A stretch of 64,000 nt of DNA from assembly GCA_951406725.2 (NCBI GenBank), contig OX597825.1:60140001-60204000 (forward strand). Reading direction: 5' to 3'. A program made the position numbers and the translations under genes. Source of the DNA: Octopus vulgaris (taxonomy: Eukaryota). Below are positions 25,917-40,640 of the stretch, in pieces (the stretch's first letter is position 1; every line of letters starts with the position of its first letter). The notes under the pieces are model-generated. The model made no database searches. It worked only from the letters and a program-made list of their open reading frames with translations, and was not told the origin of the DNA.

Positions 25917-26330
25917 CCAACAAAATCTATTACACATTCCACCTATTTTATTAATATGTTATCCCAATAGCCACTACGAAATTCCTGCAATAAAGCTACG
26001 GATAGCGACAGGTAATCGAAACTGTGCGGGTGTTTTACTCATCATCTAATTATACATTTTGTAAATTTATCCATGTTATATATATATATATATATATGTA
26101 TGTATATATATATATATACGTACATTTCTCTCCATACACATAAATCTTTTCATTTATGACATTCTCTGATACAATCTGAGTAAGAGCATTGTTCATTAAC
26201 GTAATCACTATACATTGAATTGAAATTTTGAGTTCGTACATATTATTCATTACTTTGTATTTGAGCATACATGCATGTTTACTAAAACACATGTGCTCAC
26301 ATACACTCACACACGCACACAGTCACACGC

Positions 26331-26367
<37 letters not shown>

Positions 26368-26682
26368 TGTGTGAGAAACGAGATGCAATTAGCTTTCGGA
26401 TAAACTTACATGTCATAAGTTTAGAAATGAAACCAATTGAACGTATCTAAGTGGGCTGATTGCCTGCCATCATATAGATCAGTTTCTACTGGAACTTTAC
26501 TGATACATACATGTATACATGTATACATACGCACACGAACGCACGCACCCCCCAAACATATATATATATACATACACATATTGAACGGTGGGAGAATCAT
26601 ATTTTGAAATGAATTAAGATAGAAAGGAGAGCGAAAAGCGTGTCCTTTCTTTTAAACGTCTGTGCAGGGAAATAGAGATGGT

Positions 26683-26713
<31 letters not shown>

Positions 26714-26899
26714 CTGCTATCTCCGCCAGCAGCACATGTGATAGTTGCCTCCATGGTATTCGATCTTTGGCAAGAGAATTCAGGGTGGGCCTGCGTTCAA
26801 GTTTGTCGGTTAAAGCAAACACTGAATTGTCGAGGAGCCACGTGCTGAGGTAAGGGAATTTTTGGTGAGTTTTCTTCTAGGTTCATGTTATAAAGTTGT

Positions 26900-28085
26900 G
26901 TGACTGCTGCGCAAGGATGTCACGTCGAAGATTTTGTCTAGTGGATACTTTATATAATATTCATAATAAAAGACGAATACTCCTTAAACCTTTATAGCTT
27001 CTTCAAACGATATATTTTTTTTAATAAAGGAAATTTCATTATTTGTGTTTGATCTATTGTAATGTCTGCACAGTAATAAATTTCAGGGGCAAAAATTTGG
27101 GTGACCTAGTCTTTGTGCATATGCTCAAATATTCACTGAGTTAAATTTATCTGGATCCCGGACATCGTATTTGTTGTCAATAAATCGATAACCTCATTCT
27201 TAATGTGAAATTGGTTTCTTAAATGTAATCTGCGTCGCATCGTTGCATTTGATGGTATATATTTATATTAAATATTTTCAAGAACAACTGAAGTGATATT
27301 TTTTACAATAAATCTTGTCCCGATTTAAATTTATATGCTGGGTCCGCAATCAGGTTAACACAATTCTGCATTTAGAGTTGCCACATTTATCAACTGTTCG
27401 AAATGTGTCGGTAGTTGAGAATTTCGCACTGGTAAATAATTTTAAAGGGATTTTTGTTGTCATGTACATTTGATTATTTGTATGTTTCTAGTGAACTTTT
27501 TTGTTCTTGAGTCTTGGCTCAATAATGGTAGATAATGATAAATGATATTATGTTTCTTTCGTCGTGTGTTGTAATTAAAGTTAGAGTTTTCCGCATCAAG
27601 GCATTTCTGGGCTTTTCGTAATTCTTGAATGTCTATTGGTTTGGCGCGTCCTATTCCGTTATCTATTAGAATAGATGAGTTCTTTATTTCATGTGGTGAC
27701 TGTTTTATTTCAAGCAGTCTTTTATTCTGAACATCCAGATTGGAGACAATTATGCAGAGATATCTAACTAGTTTAAATGAAATATTTGATTTGGTACGTT
27801 TTGGGTGGCGAGAAGAAAATAGCAGGTACTATTTAGAGTCCGTTGGCTTGTAGTGAATGTCAACTTCTATAGTTATATCATTCTGAAATGATCTGTCTAG
27901 AATGTGTAGTTCGTTTTGGCTATATTCCATCAGAGCGTGATTACTGGTATTGATGCTATTGAGTAAGGATTTGGAGCAATTCGGTAAGTGATCTCGTTCG
28001 CTCATACTCCTAGATGCATTAATAAAAATAATTTTCCATTGTAAATCTAGATTATACAAATAATATTGATTAGCTATTTCTCATT
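26900..28085 (-). mobile_element. Decayed Penelope-like retroelement (RT thumb, Cys-rich linker, GIY-YIG endonuclease)
   Basis: Minus strand gives LNSINTS...MEYSQNEL..LD...IEVDIHYKPTDSK*YLLFSSRHPKRTKSNISFKLVRYLCIIVSN, then KCGNSKCRICVNL, then IYTIKC/RCDADYI*ETNFTLRMRLSIY*QQIRCP. Many stops and frameshifts. Confidence 0.85.
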
Positions 28086-28124
28086 ATTCCAGGGGACACT
28101 CATGTATACATGCATAACCATACA

Positions 28125-28163
<39 letters not shown>

Positions 28164-28779
28164 GAATTGTTTTTGTGTATACATTCTCTGGGAGACTCTT
28201 CTTATAGTAGAGGAAATAGCTAAATTCTTTGGCTGCTATTTCTAAAAGTTCGGCATGTGGTAAAGCAATTCTTTTTGCTGAACCCTAATTATATAAAGTA
28301 ATGTTTAAATTCACCGTAAATGGTCCTTTTACATATTGAACACTGCTTGGTAAAATTATTAATTACTAATTAATTAATTAATTTACCCTTATTATTATTG
28401 ACTATCTATATATTATATATATAGATAAATAGATAGATATAGACTCACCCATACGCACGCACACACACTCTCACACACACACACACACAAACAAACAAGC
28501 TCATAATTTAGTTTCATAGCCTTGTTATGACAACTGCCAGATATTAGTGATAAGTACTTAATTGTTTCTTGAGAAATGATAAAAGAAATTGTGATTTTTT
28601 TAATCATTTATGCGTAAATTTTCCAAAGATTCTGTTGGCGCCAAATCAATTTTCCCATACGTTTTCGATATCCACATGTCTCATGTGACACTATAGAGTG
28701 AACTCGTTTGCTCATATCTCCTAGGTTCATTATTAAAAATAATTTTTATATATAAATTTTGACTTATATAAAAAATATG

Positions 28780-28945
28780 GATTAACTGTATCCCAATATT
28801 ACAGTGGACACATTCTTGATACCATAAAAGATTAAATTATTGCATTCAATAATTTTGCCCTAAAGAAAATCAATGTTAAAAAGTTAATAGAATTTAACTT
28901 CCAAGATGTTATCATCGATTTTACAATAAAGAGACGCAAACATTC
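28780..28945 (+). mobile_element. Possible hAT transposase C-terminal remnant
   Basis: LYPNIT... and EFNFQDVIIDFTIKRRK resemble the end of the hAT dimerisation domain. Confidence 0.4.
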
Positions 28946-29339
28946 TGGCTTACCTAAAACAAATCTTCATATGAGTACAACAAATTACAGTTTTGGAAAT
29001 CATATCCTACTAAAATAAAAATAAAAAAAATAATGAGTGTAAAAATAAACTGAGTAAAAGTGTATATTCAAGAAAATATCAAATTAGAAGTAATTAGTAC
29101 TACATAATTTGCCTTCACATACTTGTTAAATTATAAATCTAACTACGATAAGTATTTCTTAATTAAATATTTGTATAAAAAATGATTTAGCGGCGTAATG
29201 CTAATATAAGGTGTAAATGCGCATCATACATGAAGCGATGTGTTACATACTTACTAAAGTAATACTGCACCACACTAGCCGGAGCTGTGAGCAAATAAAA
29301 AGTAGTGATTCAAAGAACGATATGTCCTCCATACGTCTT

Positions 29340-29519
29340 CTTTCAGACACACACATTGTAAGAATGTTTCAAGATGTTTTCAAATACAACTGTCATTTGA
29401 AAGCACATCCAATATTTATATATATAAATATAAATGTATATGAGCATACCAACTGGGAAGCAGTTGCCAGCAACCGTGAAGATTGGCGATGTACCGTAAA
29501 AGACGGAACACAAAAGAGT

Positions 29520-29572
<53 letters not shown>

Positions 29573-29790
29573 GGAAAGACAAGAAAAGACGTCAACAAGA
29601 AGCTATGACATTACAACAAGCCAGGAAAAGTCTTCGCTACATTTGCAGCACCTGCCAGAGGGAGTGTTTGTCCAGGATAGGACTACACAGCTACAGAAGG
29701 AAATGTATTAGGACATGAAATGTAAAAGCCGGACTAGATTAGTTTATGCGCAACTCCATTGTGTCCCGAGACAATAATGATGCCAACCAA
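29340..29790 (+). mobile_element. RTE-clade LINE 3' fragment
   Basis: WEAVASNREDWRCTVKDG, then YICSTCQRECLSRIGLHSYRRKC (RTE C-terminal Zn-finger); interrupted by (AG)n. Confidence 0.8.
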
Positions 29791-30762
29791 CCAGTAGGAG
29801 TATATATATATATATATATATGGGCATTAGTAGGAGTATATATGGGCATTAGTTAGAAGTAGCTATCATATAATTGGGAATATATGATACAATTTATTGC
29901 CACTAAGAAGAAACTCGGGTTCGGATGCCTTAAAGAGTTACTGCAGCTATCGAAACACACGGCCACAAAATAATGTACAATATCAACGCTTCAAAAAACA
30001 TCATTCACAACGTGAAATTTATAGACACCTGTGTTCTAAACGTCTCTAGAGGGTAATTATCACCTGTTCTTCATATACACAATTTCTAAAAAGAATAGCT
30101 GAGCGCTTATATCTACCTTCTGAATATCCATACCAAATAAGCTCGAGGTTAAATGCAACGTGTTTATGTGAGTTTTATAGGCATGTGTATCACCTTGCAG
30201 TCCTTTGAATTCAAAAGCATTACTAGGTGAGAGAAAGAACTCAGTTATTCCATGTCTTCGATTTTCTGGGCTCACTCAATATCATATTTTATTTATTTTT
30301 GAATATATTCTCATTGTTATTCATAGTTGTTTTCATCTTTTTAAATTTTCTGCTATAAGTTGGCCTTCTTTTTTTCTTTGTTCCATTTATTTCTCTCCTT
30401 TTCCAATTTAGCATATTTTCTTCTTTACTTTTTCTCGCCTCGCCTGCGGCAATATTTTTTAGTTCGAATTCTAATACAAAAATTTTGCTCTGAAATTTGA
30501 CTAAATCGAAACGGTAATAACATGTACCTAAATGTCACGAGTTTCAATTTTTATATTATGTCCAACCAAGCATACAACTAGAGAAATCTTGCATTTTTGT
30601 TATTTGTTGCAAATGACGAAAAGGGATTGTATCACTTAATACAAACACACACACACACACAGACACATACACATATACACATACGCACGCATACACACAG
30701 CAAACAAACAGGCGCACATTGAAAAGAGAGATAGGGAGAGAGATCGAGAATAAGAAGGAGAG

Positions 30763-30802
<40 letters not shown>

Positions 30803-30897
30803 TGAGCAAAGAAGTACAGATGAATAAGTCTAAAGAACTAAGGGAATGATGAAATATTTTGTGTCGTTTGTTCAAGAGAAATACGTAGCTTTCTGAT

Positions 30898-31054
30898 ATA
30901 TCGCAATACTACGCAGTGGCTGTGTGTGCTACGATATAACAGTAGCGACGAGGATTTTGTAGCACCCACAACTACTGTGTAGTATTGCGATATAACACTG
31001 GTGACGAGGTTTGCGTAGCTCATACAGCCACTGTGTAGTATTGCGATATAACAC
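30898..31054. repeat. Small inverted-repeat element with tandem duplication of one arm
   Basis: TATATCGCAATACTACGCAGTGGCTGT is inverse to two tandem CTGTGTAGTATTGCGATATAACAC units. Confidence 0.7.
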
Positions 31055-31751
31055 TTTCTCAAACGCTACCTAGATGCCTTGGACATTTTAATACAAATTA
31101 TACACAATGTATGAAGCATATAAATGCCTAGACAATTTTAGAAATTGGATGCTAGAAGAAATCTGAGAAAGTTGGAGGAAAAGACGGAATGACATTTCTT
31201 TGAAATCCACAATTGTTAACTCTGGATAAATTAGGTTGTTAGATATATTCTGTATCGACTATAATCGCAAAACGATTTTTTACGATTGATATTTCATGTC
31301 CTAGGTGCATAAACATATCAATCAAATAAGCTGAAATATTATCTAAGTCAAATATTTGCATATAGAAACAACTTTGACATGGCATTGGTCCTGTGTAGTC
31401 CTCTCTGTAGTCACATGAAGCTCAGTGGGGGTAATGGAAAATAGAAATAGTTTACGATGTAATCACGCAAGAATGGCATTTTGCAAGCTAAGAACGTATT
31501 TGCAGACTAACTTCGTTACCATTTCTGCTGCACAAACGTACATATGTATACTACACAAACTGATACAAGGGTACACATACAGCAATAAATGCATACACAC
31601 ACACAGACACAAAGATCAAGCTTATAAAATAGAAATAAATAAAACAAAATATAATTGCATAGTTATGTAAGTTTGGAACATAACCACTAACCGAACTCTA
31701 TTTTAACAGACAGGCGCATGTAAGTACATCAATATGAAAGACATCAATGAA

Positions 31752-31822
<71 letters not shown>

Positions 31823-31837
31823 CAACAATAATAATAT

Positions 31838-32228
31838 TCAACTGAATACCACAGATTTGCTTGTCAGTTGTTTGACCTTAACCACTTGACCATGTCCCTT
31901 AGTGGCTGACGATATACGCATCTCTGATCACGAGCAGAAGTGGTTGGGAGCATCATAGCCATGTGTTGAGAGGGATTCTTTGGAGTTTGAATAATTCACC
32001 TCTGGAAACATGTGTGTTTCGTTCAACATACTTAAACAACCCTTATTTAGAGACCTTATGAGGAGGATGGGTTACTCAACCAGAAGAAAAAATTCTAACT
32101 GAGACCCACTTGCAAGGTCATGTGCTGTTTATTTTGGTATGAGATCACCATGTCGCGCACATATGGTTTTTGATGCATGTGCCTGGTGTACCCTTATCAG
32201 ACAGGTAGTCATGATGGGTATACTGTGT
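31838..32228. mobile_element. Probable interspersed repeat (SINE-like) between (AAT)n arrays
   Basis: Higher-complexity block flanked by AAT runs (31753-31836, 32259-32418). Resembles a common octopus repeat from memory; single copy in this window. Confidence 0.45.
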
Positions 32229-32259
32229 CACTTTGATGGCAGGCACTGCTCTCTCACTC

Positions 32260-32318
<59 letters not shown>

Positions 32319-32341
32319 TAATAATAATAATGATAATAATA

Positions 32342-32421
<80 letters not shown>

Positions 32422-33696
32422 CCTCATCGACATTTTTAAGTTTCATTTGGAAAGGAGATGGAAGTGCTACCTCCCAGTGAATTTGTATAAAGATGGGTGA
32501 CTGTGACCAAAATGGTTAGAGTGAATGGCCCGACTCCAAGTATGTGCCTGTAGGTTGGAGAGCAGGAGAAGAGCTCCTAATTTTAGTGATAATTTTAATC
32601 CCGGATGAGTGGACTTCCGAATCAGGAAAAACTGCATCATGCTTCTTATTTCATACTTTGTATAATATGTATATTTTTATCGGATTTCACTGGTTTTTCA
32701 ATTCCTTTCTCATCTTCTTTTTATGTAAATCGCCACAAAGTGTTGTCTGACCTTGTGATGTCAGCCTCATCTATGCCCTTGTGGCTAACAAAAGTAATAA
32801 TGATAACGATAAGGGAGGTTAATTTGACGATGAAGCTGGTGATGATGACGATGAGGATATGATGATTATTGTCACGGTGATGATAATGACGACGACGGCA
32901 ACAACAACAACAACAACAACAACAAAAACAACTACAACAACAATAATAATGATAATGGGCAAATTTTGCGATGCGTGACGATAGGTGGATCTATTTAAAG
33001 CGGAATTTCTCATGCATTTCCTTCAGTTACTTCTGATCTTTCTTCTCTTAGAATGTTTCTTGAATAGATATTATTCAGAATCACAGAAGTCACTCATTTA
33101 ACTCTTTTATGGATTGGAATTTCACTGGAAATGGTCTCCAGGGGAGCGTCCTTGCACGCCTATAATCATTTCAGTCGAATGAACAGAATATTTCTCTGAT
33201 TTTGGAAACTAAAACAAAGGAAAAATAAAAAATAAAAAAAAACTATACAGTATATCTTATTTGAAATGGTAATAATGCTGCTACTGTTGCTGCTGCTGCT
33301 ACTAATGTTGCCACTGCTTCTTGTGTGCCTTCTACTGATGAAGGCAATGATGATGATGATGATGTGGAGGCTGTTGTTATGGCAGCGGTAGTTATTGTAG
33401 CAATGATGACGAAATGGTAATACATAAATCAAATACATTATTAATGTGTTTGCTTGTGTGTTTGTGTGTGCGCGCGTACGTGTTGTATATTATATAAGTA
33501 TATCTCTGTGCATGTATTATGTAATATACCAGCATACATAATTGCATAAATATGTATATATGTATACATGAATATATATGTATACACACATTTACACATA
33601 CACCCACCACAGATATATATATATATTTATCTATCTATCTATATATATATATATATATATATATACATACATACATACATACATGCATAGACACAT

Positions 33697-33767
<71 letters not shown>

Positions 33768-34355
33768 TATATCGCAGAGAGGGAGAGACGTGGAGGAAGG
33801 AGGAGAGAGAGTTGTAATGATATGTGTATGTTTGATTGTATGTCGGTGTACATTAAATCCATATATTTGAATCTTAACAGTTCATCCATGTATATTTTAA
33901 TACGTACACACTGAACGAAAGAACGTGAAAAAAATTAAAAAAACGGAAACAAAAAAGCGCAATAAATAATAATGATGAAAGGCAGAAAGAAACGAAAGTA
34001 AGAAAGGAAGAAAAATTAAATATAAAATTTGTAATAACGAATAAACGAATAACGATACATATGTATATTCACACTCACGTATGTGCTTACTTACGTATAT
34101 ATCTGTACCAGATATCTGGGTGTTTTATGTATGAAGCTATACGATAGAATGATCAGGCAATAGTATATGCTAGAAATATTTTGCTTGGGATATAAATATA
34201 TTCTTTAGGGCAGATAACTGAGAAATCATCAGCCAAGAGAACAGGAAGTAAGAGAGCATAGCAAGATGAAAGATATATTTTGGGGTTTGCGAGTGTGTTC
34301 GATTGTGTACGTGCGTGCATGTGTATGGGTCAGTGTAAGAACGTGCCTTTTTTTG

Positions 34356-34400
<45 letters not shown>

Positions 34401-34431
34401 CATATATATACATATAAGTATACATATATAC

Positions 34432-34470
<39 letters not shown>

Positions 34471-34987
34471 CATATATATGTATATATATATATATATATA
34501 TACATATATATGTATATATATATATAGGTATATATATATGTATACATATAGATATATAGATATATAGGCATAGATAGATAGATTGTATATGAGCTTCGAT
34601 GTTTTTGCATAGGGATGAGAAGCAAAATATAGCTACGAAGAATCGGTTACGCTACGTAAAGATATATAATAATAACTCCCAAAGTGCTATTTATGGTGTA
34701 ATATCAGTGATACACAGGAAAGAAACACAGTAAAAAGAAATAATAAATTCTTTCCAAAAATTCTACGAGGAAATATTAAAGTAAAACTCAAGAACATGGC
34801 TATAGTAGTATCACAACAAGGGTTTATAAAATTCATGCCCTTCTCTTATAAAAGATTTTAGGAGGTAAATGACGTGAAATGGCATCAAGATTGAAAGATC
34901 AGAACCACTTCATTCGTTAAATGATATAAGTCTTTGGTGTTATAAGAAAAGAACTTGAAAATGACAGAATTTGTGCAATTTTTAACC

Positions 34988-35053
34988 ATGATGATGATGA
35001 TGATAATGATGAAGAAGAACATCGCCATCATCATCATCATCATCATCATCATC

Positions 35054-35085
<32 letters not shown>

Positions 35086-35122
35086 CTTCTTCTTCTTCTT
35101 CTTCTTCTTCTTCTTCTTCTTC

Positions 35123-35154
<32 letters not shown>

Positions 35155-35190
35155 CTTCTTCTTCTTCTTTTTCTACTACCTCTTCTTCGA
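34988..35190. repeat. Compound trinucleotide microsatellite (ATG/CAT/TTG/TTC)
   Basis: Direct reading; explains the poly-E/Q/D ORF. Confidence 0.95.
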
Positions 35191-37284
35191 AGCAAGGTGA
35201 TGCATGTTCGTGGTTCGTAAGTTTTGTGAAAAAATGTTTTATTGGTTGGTATTCCAAATTTTGTTGAACTCTTAAATATATAACCCAGCTCGATGCAGGA
35301 ATGGTGAAATGGTCTGGCGACAATTCACCCTTTAAGGGCGAATTTTGAAATTCAAAATTGCGAATTCAATATTTTAAAGCTAAATTATCAATATGGTTTT
35401 ACGGGACGAAAAGTTTATCAAACAGACAGATTGCAAGTTTAGTAAAACACAGATTACATATAAAATTATAATAAAATAATTGTCAGAATGGTGTAGACAC
35501 CTCTGACACAAAACCAATAAGGTTTAATAATTGAGTAAGGTTGTTCAGTATTTCTTTTTAACGACGGTGCATCAGCATGGCCGCAGTTCTGAGCTGGAAC
35601 TGGAGAGAGAAAAATGCTCAAATCAAGTAATAATGTTAGCTAATGTATCATATAAAAACATTTGGAGTTACACGATGGGAACCCACTGATTGCTTCGAGT
35701 AAGTCTACATAATATTTCTCTTCTGCCAATATATATTGTATACATCTGGCGTTACCCAAAGTTGCTTTATGCATCTCTCGAAAACTTTTATCTAAGGATC
35801 CACTTAGACAAAATGTCATTTGTAAGCATCTCTTGAAAACAAATTATGAAAGGACTCACATAGACAATTTGTCGGTGTTCTGTTTTACTGCAAGCCTTTC
35901 ATGTTGATCTGGACTTATAGCATTTCCTTTTACAGTAGGCTACTATTAATTCCAAGTCTATCCACAAACTCACCGGAAAAGTAACCCCCAACTTATATAT
36001 TAACTCAAAAAGTAGCTTGTTATTAATCGAGTATCTGGAATCTACTTATCCCGATATACAAATTTTCAAAAGATTTGTGGAAGATTTCTGAAGAAGCTGA
36101 CTACTTATTCGTCTCTTCACCCCCATCTGTCTGCGAGACTGTTTCAGCGCCCCAGTGGATAGAGTGGTACAGCTAGGAGACGGATTTCGGTATTGCATTA
36201 TTTTCGATAGCAGACTAGTGAGAGGTAGCGCTTCCCCCGTCCCTTGGATGAGAGATCGTGCTTCAGCATTTTAATTCTCGGATCAAAGACGAGGTTGATG
36301 TTCCGGCCAATCTCTCGACTGGAAGCAGCAGCATGAATGACCATGTTAACAGTACAGCATTATTCAAGACCGTGAAAAATGTGTTTTTATAAATGTAACA
36401 GGTACGTTTGAACCTAGATTCACTAACCTTCATGTCTTCTACACAGTAAACGGGAGAATATTCTGGTATAGCAGTCTGATCATTTAGAGAATTTAGGACT
36501 TGTGTATCCATTGAGACACCTCCAGACCTTAGGTTCATCTCAGCATTCACTAGTTGTCCATACTTTTCCAGAAACGGTATGGGAAGTCCAGACTCAACAG
36601 CGTTCCAATACTTAATATGAGCACTAGAATTGGAAACTATTTTTTAAAAATCATGGACAACATCGAGTGGAACAATTACAGAAAACAGCACATCTTGGGT
36701 CTATTTGGATCTCAATCAACTGGTTTTAGACAGCTATCACATGCGTTACACCGCAATCGTGCGACAAAGCGGTAACAACAACATCACTCTCTTAACTACA
36801 AGGTTCCCCAATTCACTTTCGGCAATAAAAAGAGAACGACTGTGGGAAAATCCCATTAACATGTGTAAATAACAACAACAGGAGCAAAAAACAACAAAGT
36901 GACCTAAAAGGAGTAAACGTCAAGCAGGGGCGACAAAGAAACCCACATAGTCCAGAACAGATTACACAATTGGAGTCACACGACACACGCTATATTGTAT
37001 GCTGTATTTTTCGCCTTGAACCTACCTACATGGTAGGTGTTTTAGTCGCTATATTTCGATAACAAATACAAAGAACAAAACAAAACAAAGGCAAATAAAT
37101 ATTACGAATATTGTACTTTTTGACAATCCCATTCCGTTAGCAGTGAAGCAATGGTACCTATTTAAAACTGTAACAAAATTGTTTCAACAATAAACTAATT
37201 ATTTTAGTAATGTTTAACCGACCTCCGGGAGCCGATGCGACGCTCGTTTAAAGCAGAACGATAGCTGTAATCGTAAGTGTTTCT

Positions 37285-37455
37285 AAGGCCTGAAATTTAG
37301 GTGAATGCACTTGACGATTATATGGACTACAGCGATCAACTTGAACCTGTTTTATCGACTCCGAATGATTGAGAGGCAAAATTTGAACTCAGAACGTAAA
37401 AAGGCTAGAAAAAGTGCCGATAAGCGTTTTGTCCAACGCTCTATAGATTCTGCTT
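37285..37455 (-). mobile_element. SINE family C, diverged
   Basis: TTTTATCGACTCCGAATGATTGA...ATTTGAACTCAGAACGTAA. Confidence 0.6.
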
Positions 37456-38726
37456 CAAGTACAAATTTACTAAGACTTAGATGAAGAAAATTGCATATAA
37501 TCTACTGTCTAGAACACAGGTGCTATTCCAAAAAATATTCGATCCTCCTCTGTATAGCGAAGTTGGTGCATGTTGAATAAATGATCCACCAATATCAACA
37601 ATGAAAGGGATCCAACGAGATTATATAGCTCAAACGTCTGTCAAGTCATATCCTAATCTCTTTAGTAGATAAATATATTTACTTCATATAATGTGATTTA
37701 AAATATATTGAGTGTGATAAATAGAAACAATGGGATTGATTCTGAATGTAACTTATTGCTCACAGATCTATGTTGTAGAGTAATACTTACCACGGGCTAA
37801 ACTATAATAAACACCACTTCTGACTATGAAATGGAATGAAGTGGGTTTGAAACTATGTTCAATACTTTGTCTTCGCTGCTACAACTTTGATACTTTCCAA
37901 GCATGTGTTTTATTTTAGTATTCTTAGACGTCACGAATGTAAAGTAAGAACGAAAGAAATATTTCAATGTTCATGTATTTGTTTCTTATCATTTTGGTTT
38001 ATTCAGTTACCAGAGAATTGAACAAATTATCAGGCCTCTGCATATGGAAAACCATCAATAATTAGTATTTGGATATTTCTCGATATGAGTTTCTAGTTAT
38101 TCCAACTTCTCAGACAAAATGGAACCATATATTCAATAGAATTAGTTTATATACATCTTCACGGTGTGTTTACCGAATATATATTTGATGAATAGGAGAT
38201 AAAATGAAGGTTAAAATTAGGTGGTTTATAATCAAAGAACTTCTACGGTTGGGTCCAGTATTTATCAATGTACTATAGATATATTTGGTAAGAATTCTTC
38301 CACAGAAACCTGTTTAAATTACATCTCTTGTACTGAATGCCGTGCAGGATTTCGTACGGGACACGAAGTCTTTCAAACCGTATAATAATTGATTAGGTAA
38401 ATCCTAAGCACTCAGTTCCTTTTTTGGACGCCATCACACGACAGTTTTATATATATATATATATAAAACTGTAACGTTATCACAAATGATTAATGAATGT
38501 GTTGCTTCTCTTCCACTGCAAGAATGAACATATAATACGGAGATGATAAATCCATGCAGTTAATAAACAGAAATATATTTTATATACGGCAAATATACAT
38601 ATATATGGAGTAAATATGATTTATATACTTGCCGAAGTTAGTGGTATAACACTTGAAATATAATTTATTTCCCCTGACTGCGTTAAGTGTAAAGGATAAG
38701 TTTTGTACTAGACTATCCTGATTGAA

Positions 38727-39070
38727 ATGGCAAATATACTAAAGGTCGGACTTGAACTCAAATTATCAAACGATGAGAGGAAATATTCAAAGGGCTTCCA
38801 GTTCTTTTTACCCTGTCACTGCAGCAAAGCACCCCATTCAACTACTCTTTTTTTTTCTAAAATAGCGAATCTCCATCCGCCTGGATGGAGCCCTAGATTG
38901 CAGTTAATTAAGAATATATTCCTACCTGGACTAATGTGATATAATCAAGTGATATGATATTGCGTTAAAGAATTTCTCAAGAGCTATGATGGAATGGTGA
39001 GCTACTTAGATCAAGTTTTCATTAAATCTACTTTTACAGAATCCGTAATTGTGGTCTTCAAGAATGAAGA
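38727..39070 (+). mobile_element. Possible highly decayed Tc1-like DDE fragment
   Basis: FQFFLPCHCSK...PPGWSPRLQLIKNIF resembles FQQDNAPCHTSK...WPPxSPDLNPIENxW. Confidence 0.4.
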
Positions 39071-39273
39071 AAAATTCAAGGGGTTGAATAAAGTGCTGGT
39101 CTCATTCTATGTTACTTGAAGTAAACGAAATAGATTTATGATTGGCATACCAGGAATGGTGCCTAAAAGTGGAATGGGGAACTATAGGGATTTTTGAGTG
39201 TCGTGAATGCAGGCGGTGGAAGGAACACCACAAGGTTGTGGTCACAAACACTTTCATGATTGCCGTCCGTATA

Positions 39274-39596
39274 TACTCTTTACTATTTTACTTGAGTCAT
39301 TTGACTGCGGCCATGCTGGAGCACCGCCTTTAGTCGAACAAATCGACCCCAGAGCTTATTCCTTGTAAGCCTAGTACTTATTCGGTCAGTCGAATAAATA
39401 CTAGGCCAAGTTACTGGGACGTAAACACACCGGCATTGGTTGTCATGCGATGTTGGGAGGACAAACACAGACACACAAATATATACACACACATACATAT
39501 GCATATACATACATACACACATACATATATATATATATATACCGGAGTAAACTCAGAGTAACAGGTTTTGTTGAATTTTCTGCTGCTTTAAATAAA

Positions 39597-39631
<35 letters not shown>

Positions 39632-39797
39632 CATATACGACGGGCCTCTTCCAGTTTCCGTCTACCAAATCCACTCACAAGGCTTTGGTCGACCCGAGGG
39701 TATATTAGAAGTCACTTGCGCAAGGTGACACGCAGTGGGACTGAACCCAGGACCATGTGGTTGGTAATCAAGCTAATTACCACACAGCCACTCCTAT
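39274..39797 (-). mobile_element. SINE family B with a ~58-bp insert in its central (TA)n
   Basis: Homologous to 17745-18122; insert at 39541-39598. Confidence 0.88.
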
Positions 39798-40254
39798 GCC
39801 TATGCATATGTTTTATTGATTCTGGTAGACTGAAAAAGAAAATTTGTTTCAAAAATATTATCAAGTGTTGGTGTTGGATATTTGGATGAGAATTGGGTCG
39901 CATTTGAAGCGGATTTCTCCGTGAGGACGATATTATATAGATATGATGGCCGAGAACGAAGTGGTATTCCATTGATTCATAAATAGACATAACATCAGGC
40001 TATAAACCATAGGTTTAGCAAGCAGGAAATCTTACAAGCTTTGTGAAGTACGGTTAAAACTTTTGCGTTTTAGATGACAGGCTTAGGGGCTGGTTGATAA
40101 AAACTGCCCACTTTAAATGATAGGCATTACATGAGCTCTAGACAAAGGTTGGAACGTATGCACTTTTATGCATAGCTAATGTAGACGCGAGGGGCTTATG
40201 TGTTATGGTTTGCTGAAAGATGATGGGAACTCTTAGCTTGTGAATCATTTATCT

Positions 40255-40640
40255 TTTGTCTTGTACTTGTTTGAATCACTGAGCTTCCTGCACGCTGGAA
40301 CCTTACCTTTAAGAGTTTTAGTCAAACAGATCACACACCTCCAGTACATATGTTATTGTTCCTTTGCTGAAGCGCTAAGTTTTGTGGACATGAACAGACG
40401 AATAACGGTAGCCAATCAGTCGGAAGGGAGCAAATGCAGACAAAAAGACACACTGACACACACACACACGCGCGTTTATATACGAGGGATTGCACACTAT
40501 TCCCGTATGCCAAATTCAGAAGGCATTGGGCGGCGCGGGGATATAACAGAAGACAGTCACCCAAGATACCACATAGAAGGGTTGAACCCGGTACAACATG
40601 GCTATCAAGTGAGTTTCTTAACCACACATTCATACCAGTG
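40255..40640 (-). mobile_element. SINE family B, old copy
   Basis: Diverged homology (TACTTGTTTGAATCA..., TTGAACCCGG..., CTTAACCACAC). Confidence 0.6.

Larger units (their letters stand above)
25568..25958. mobile_element. Foldback of two diverged inverted pLTR-like arms (~175 bp), each with an HHR
   Basis: Arms about 25568-25745 and 25782-25958 (e.g. TCCATCAAATTCGAGAATGAGTAAAAA / TTTTTACTCATTCTCGAATTTGATGGA); adjacent to (TA)n. Confidence 0.75.

Noticed and set aside
30898-31054. CRISPR-like repeat-spacer pattern (also 15989-16175)
   Set aside because: The spacers are homologous to each other, there are only 2-3 units, the context is eukaryotic, and there are no cas genes.
35780-36780. Possible LINE ORF1 remnant (36263-36550, minus strand)
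   Set aside because: Higher-complexity sequence, but no motif I can identify reliably.
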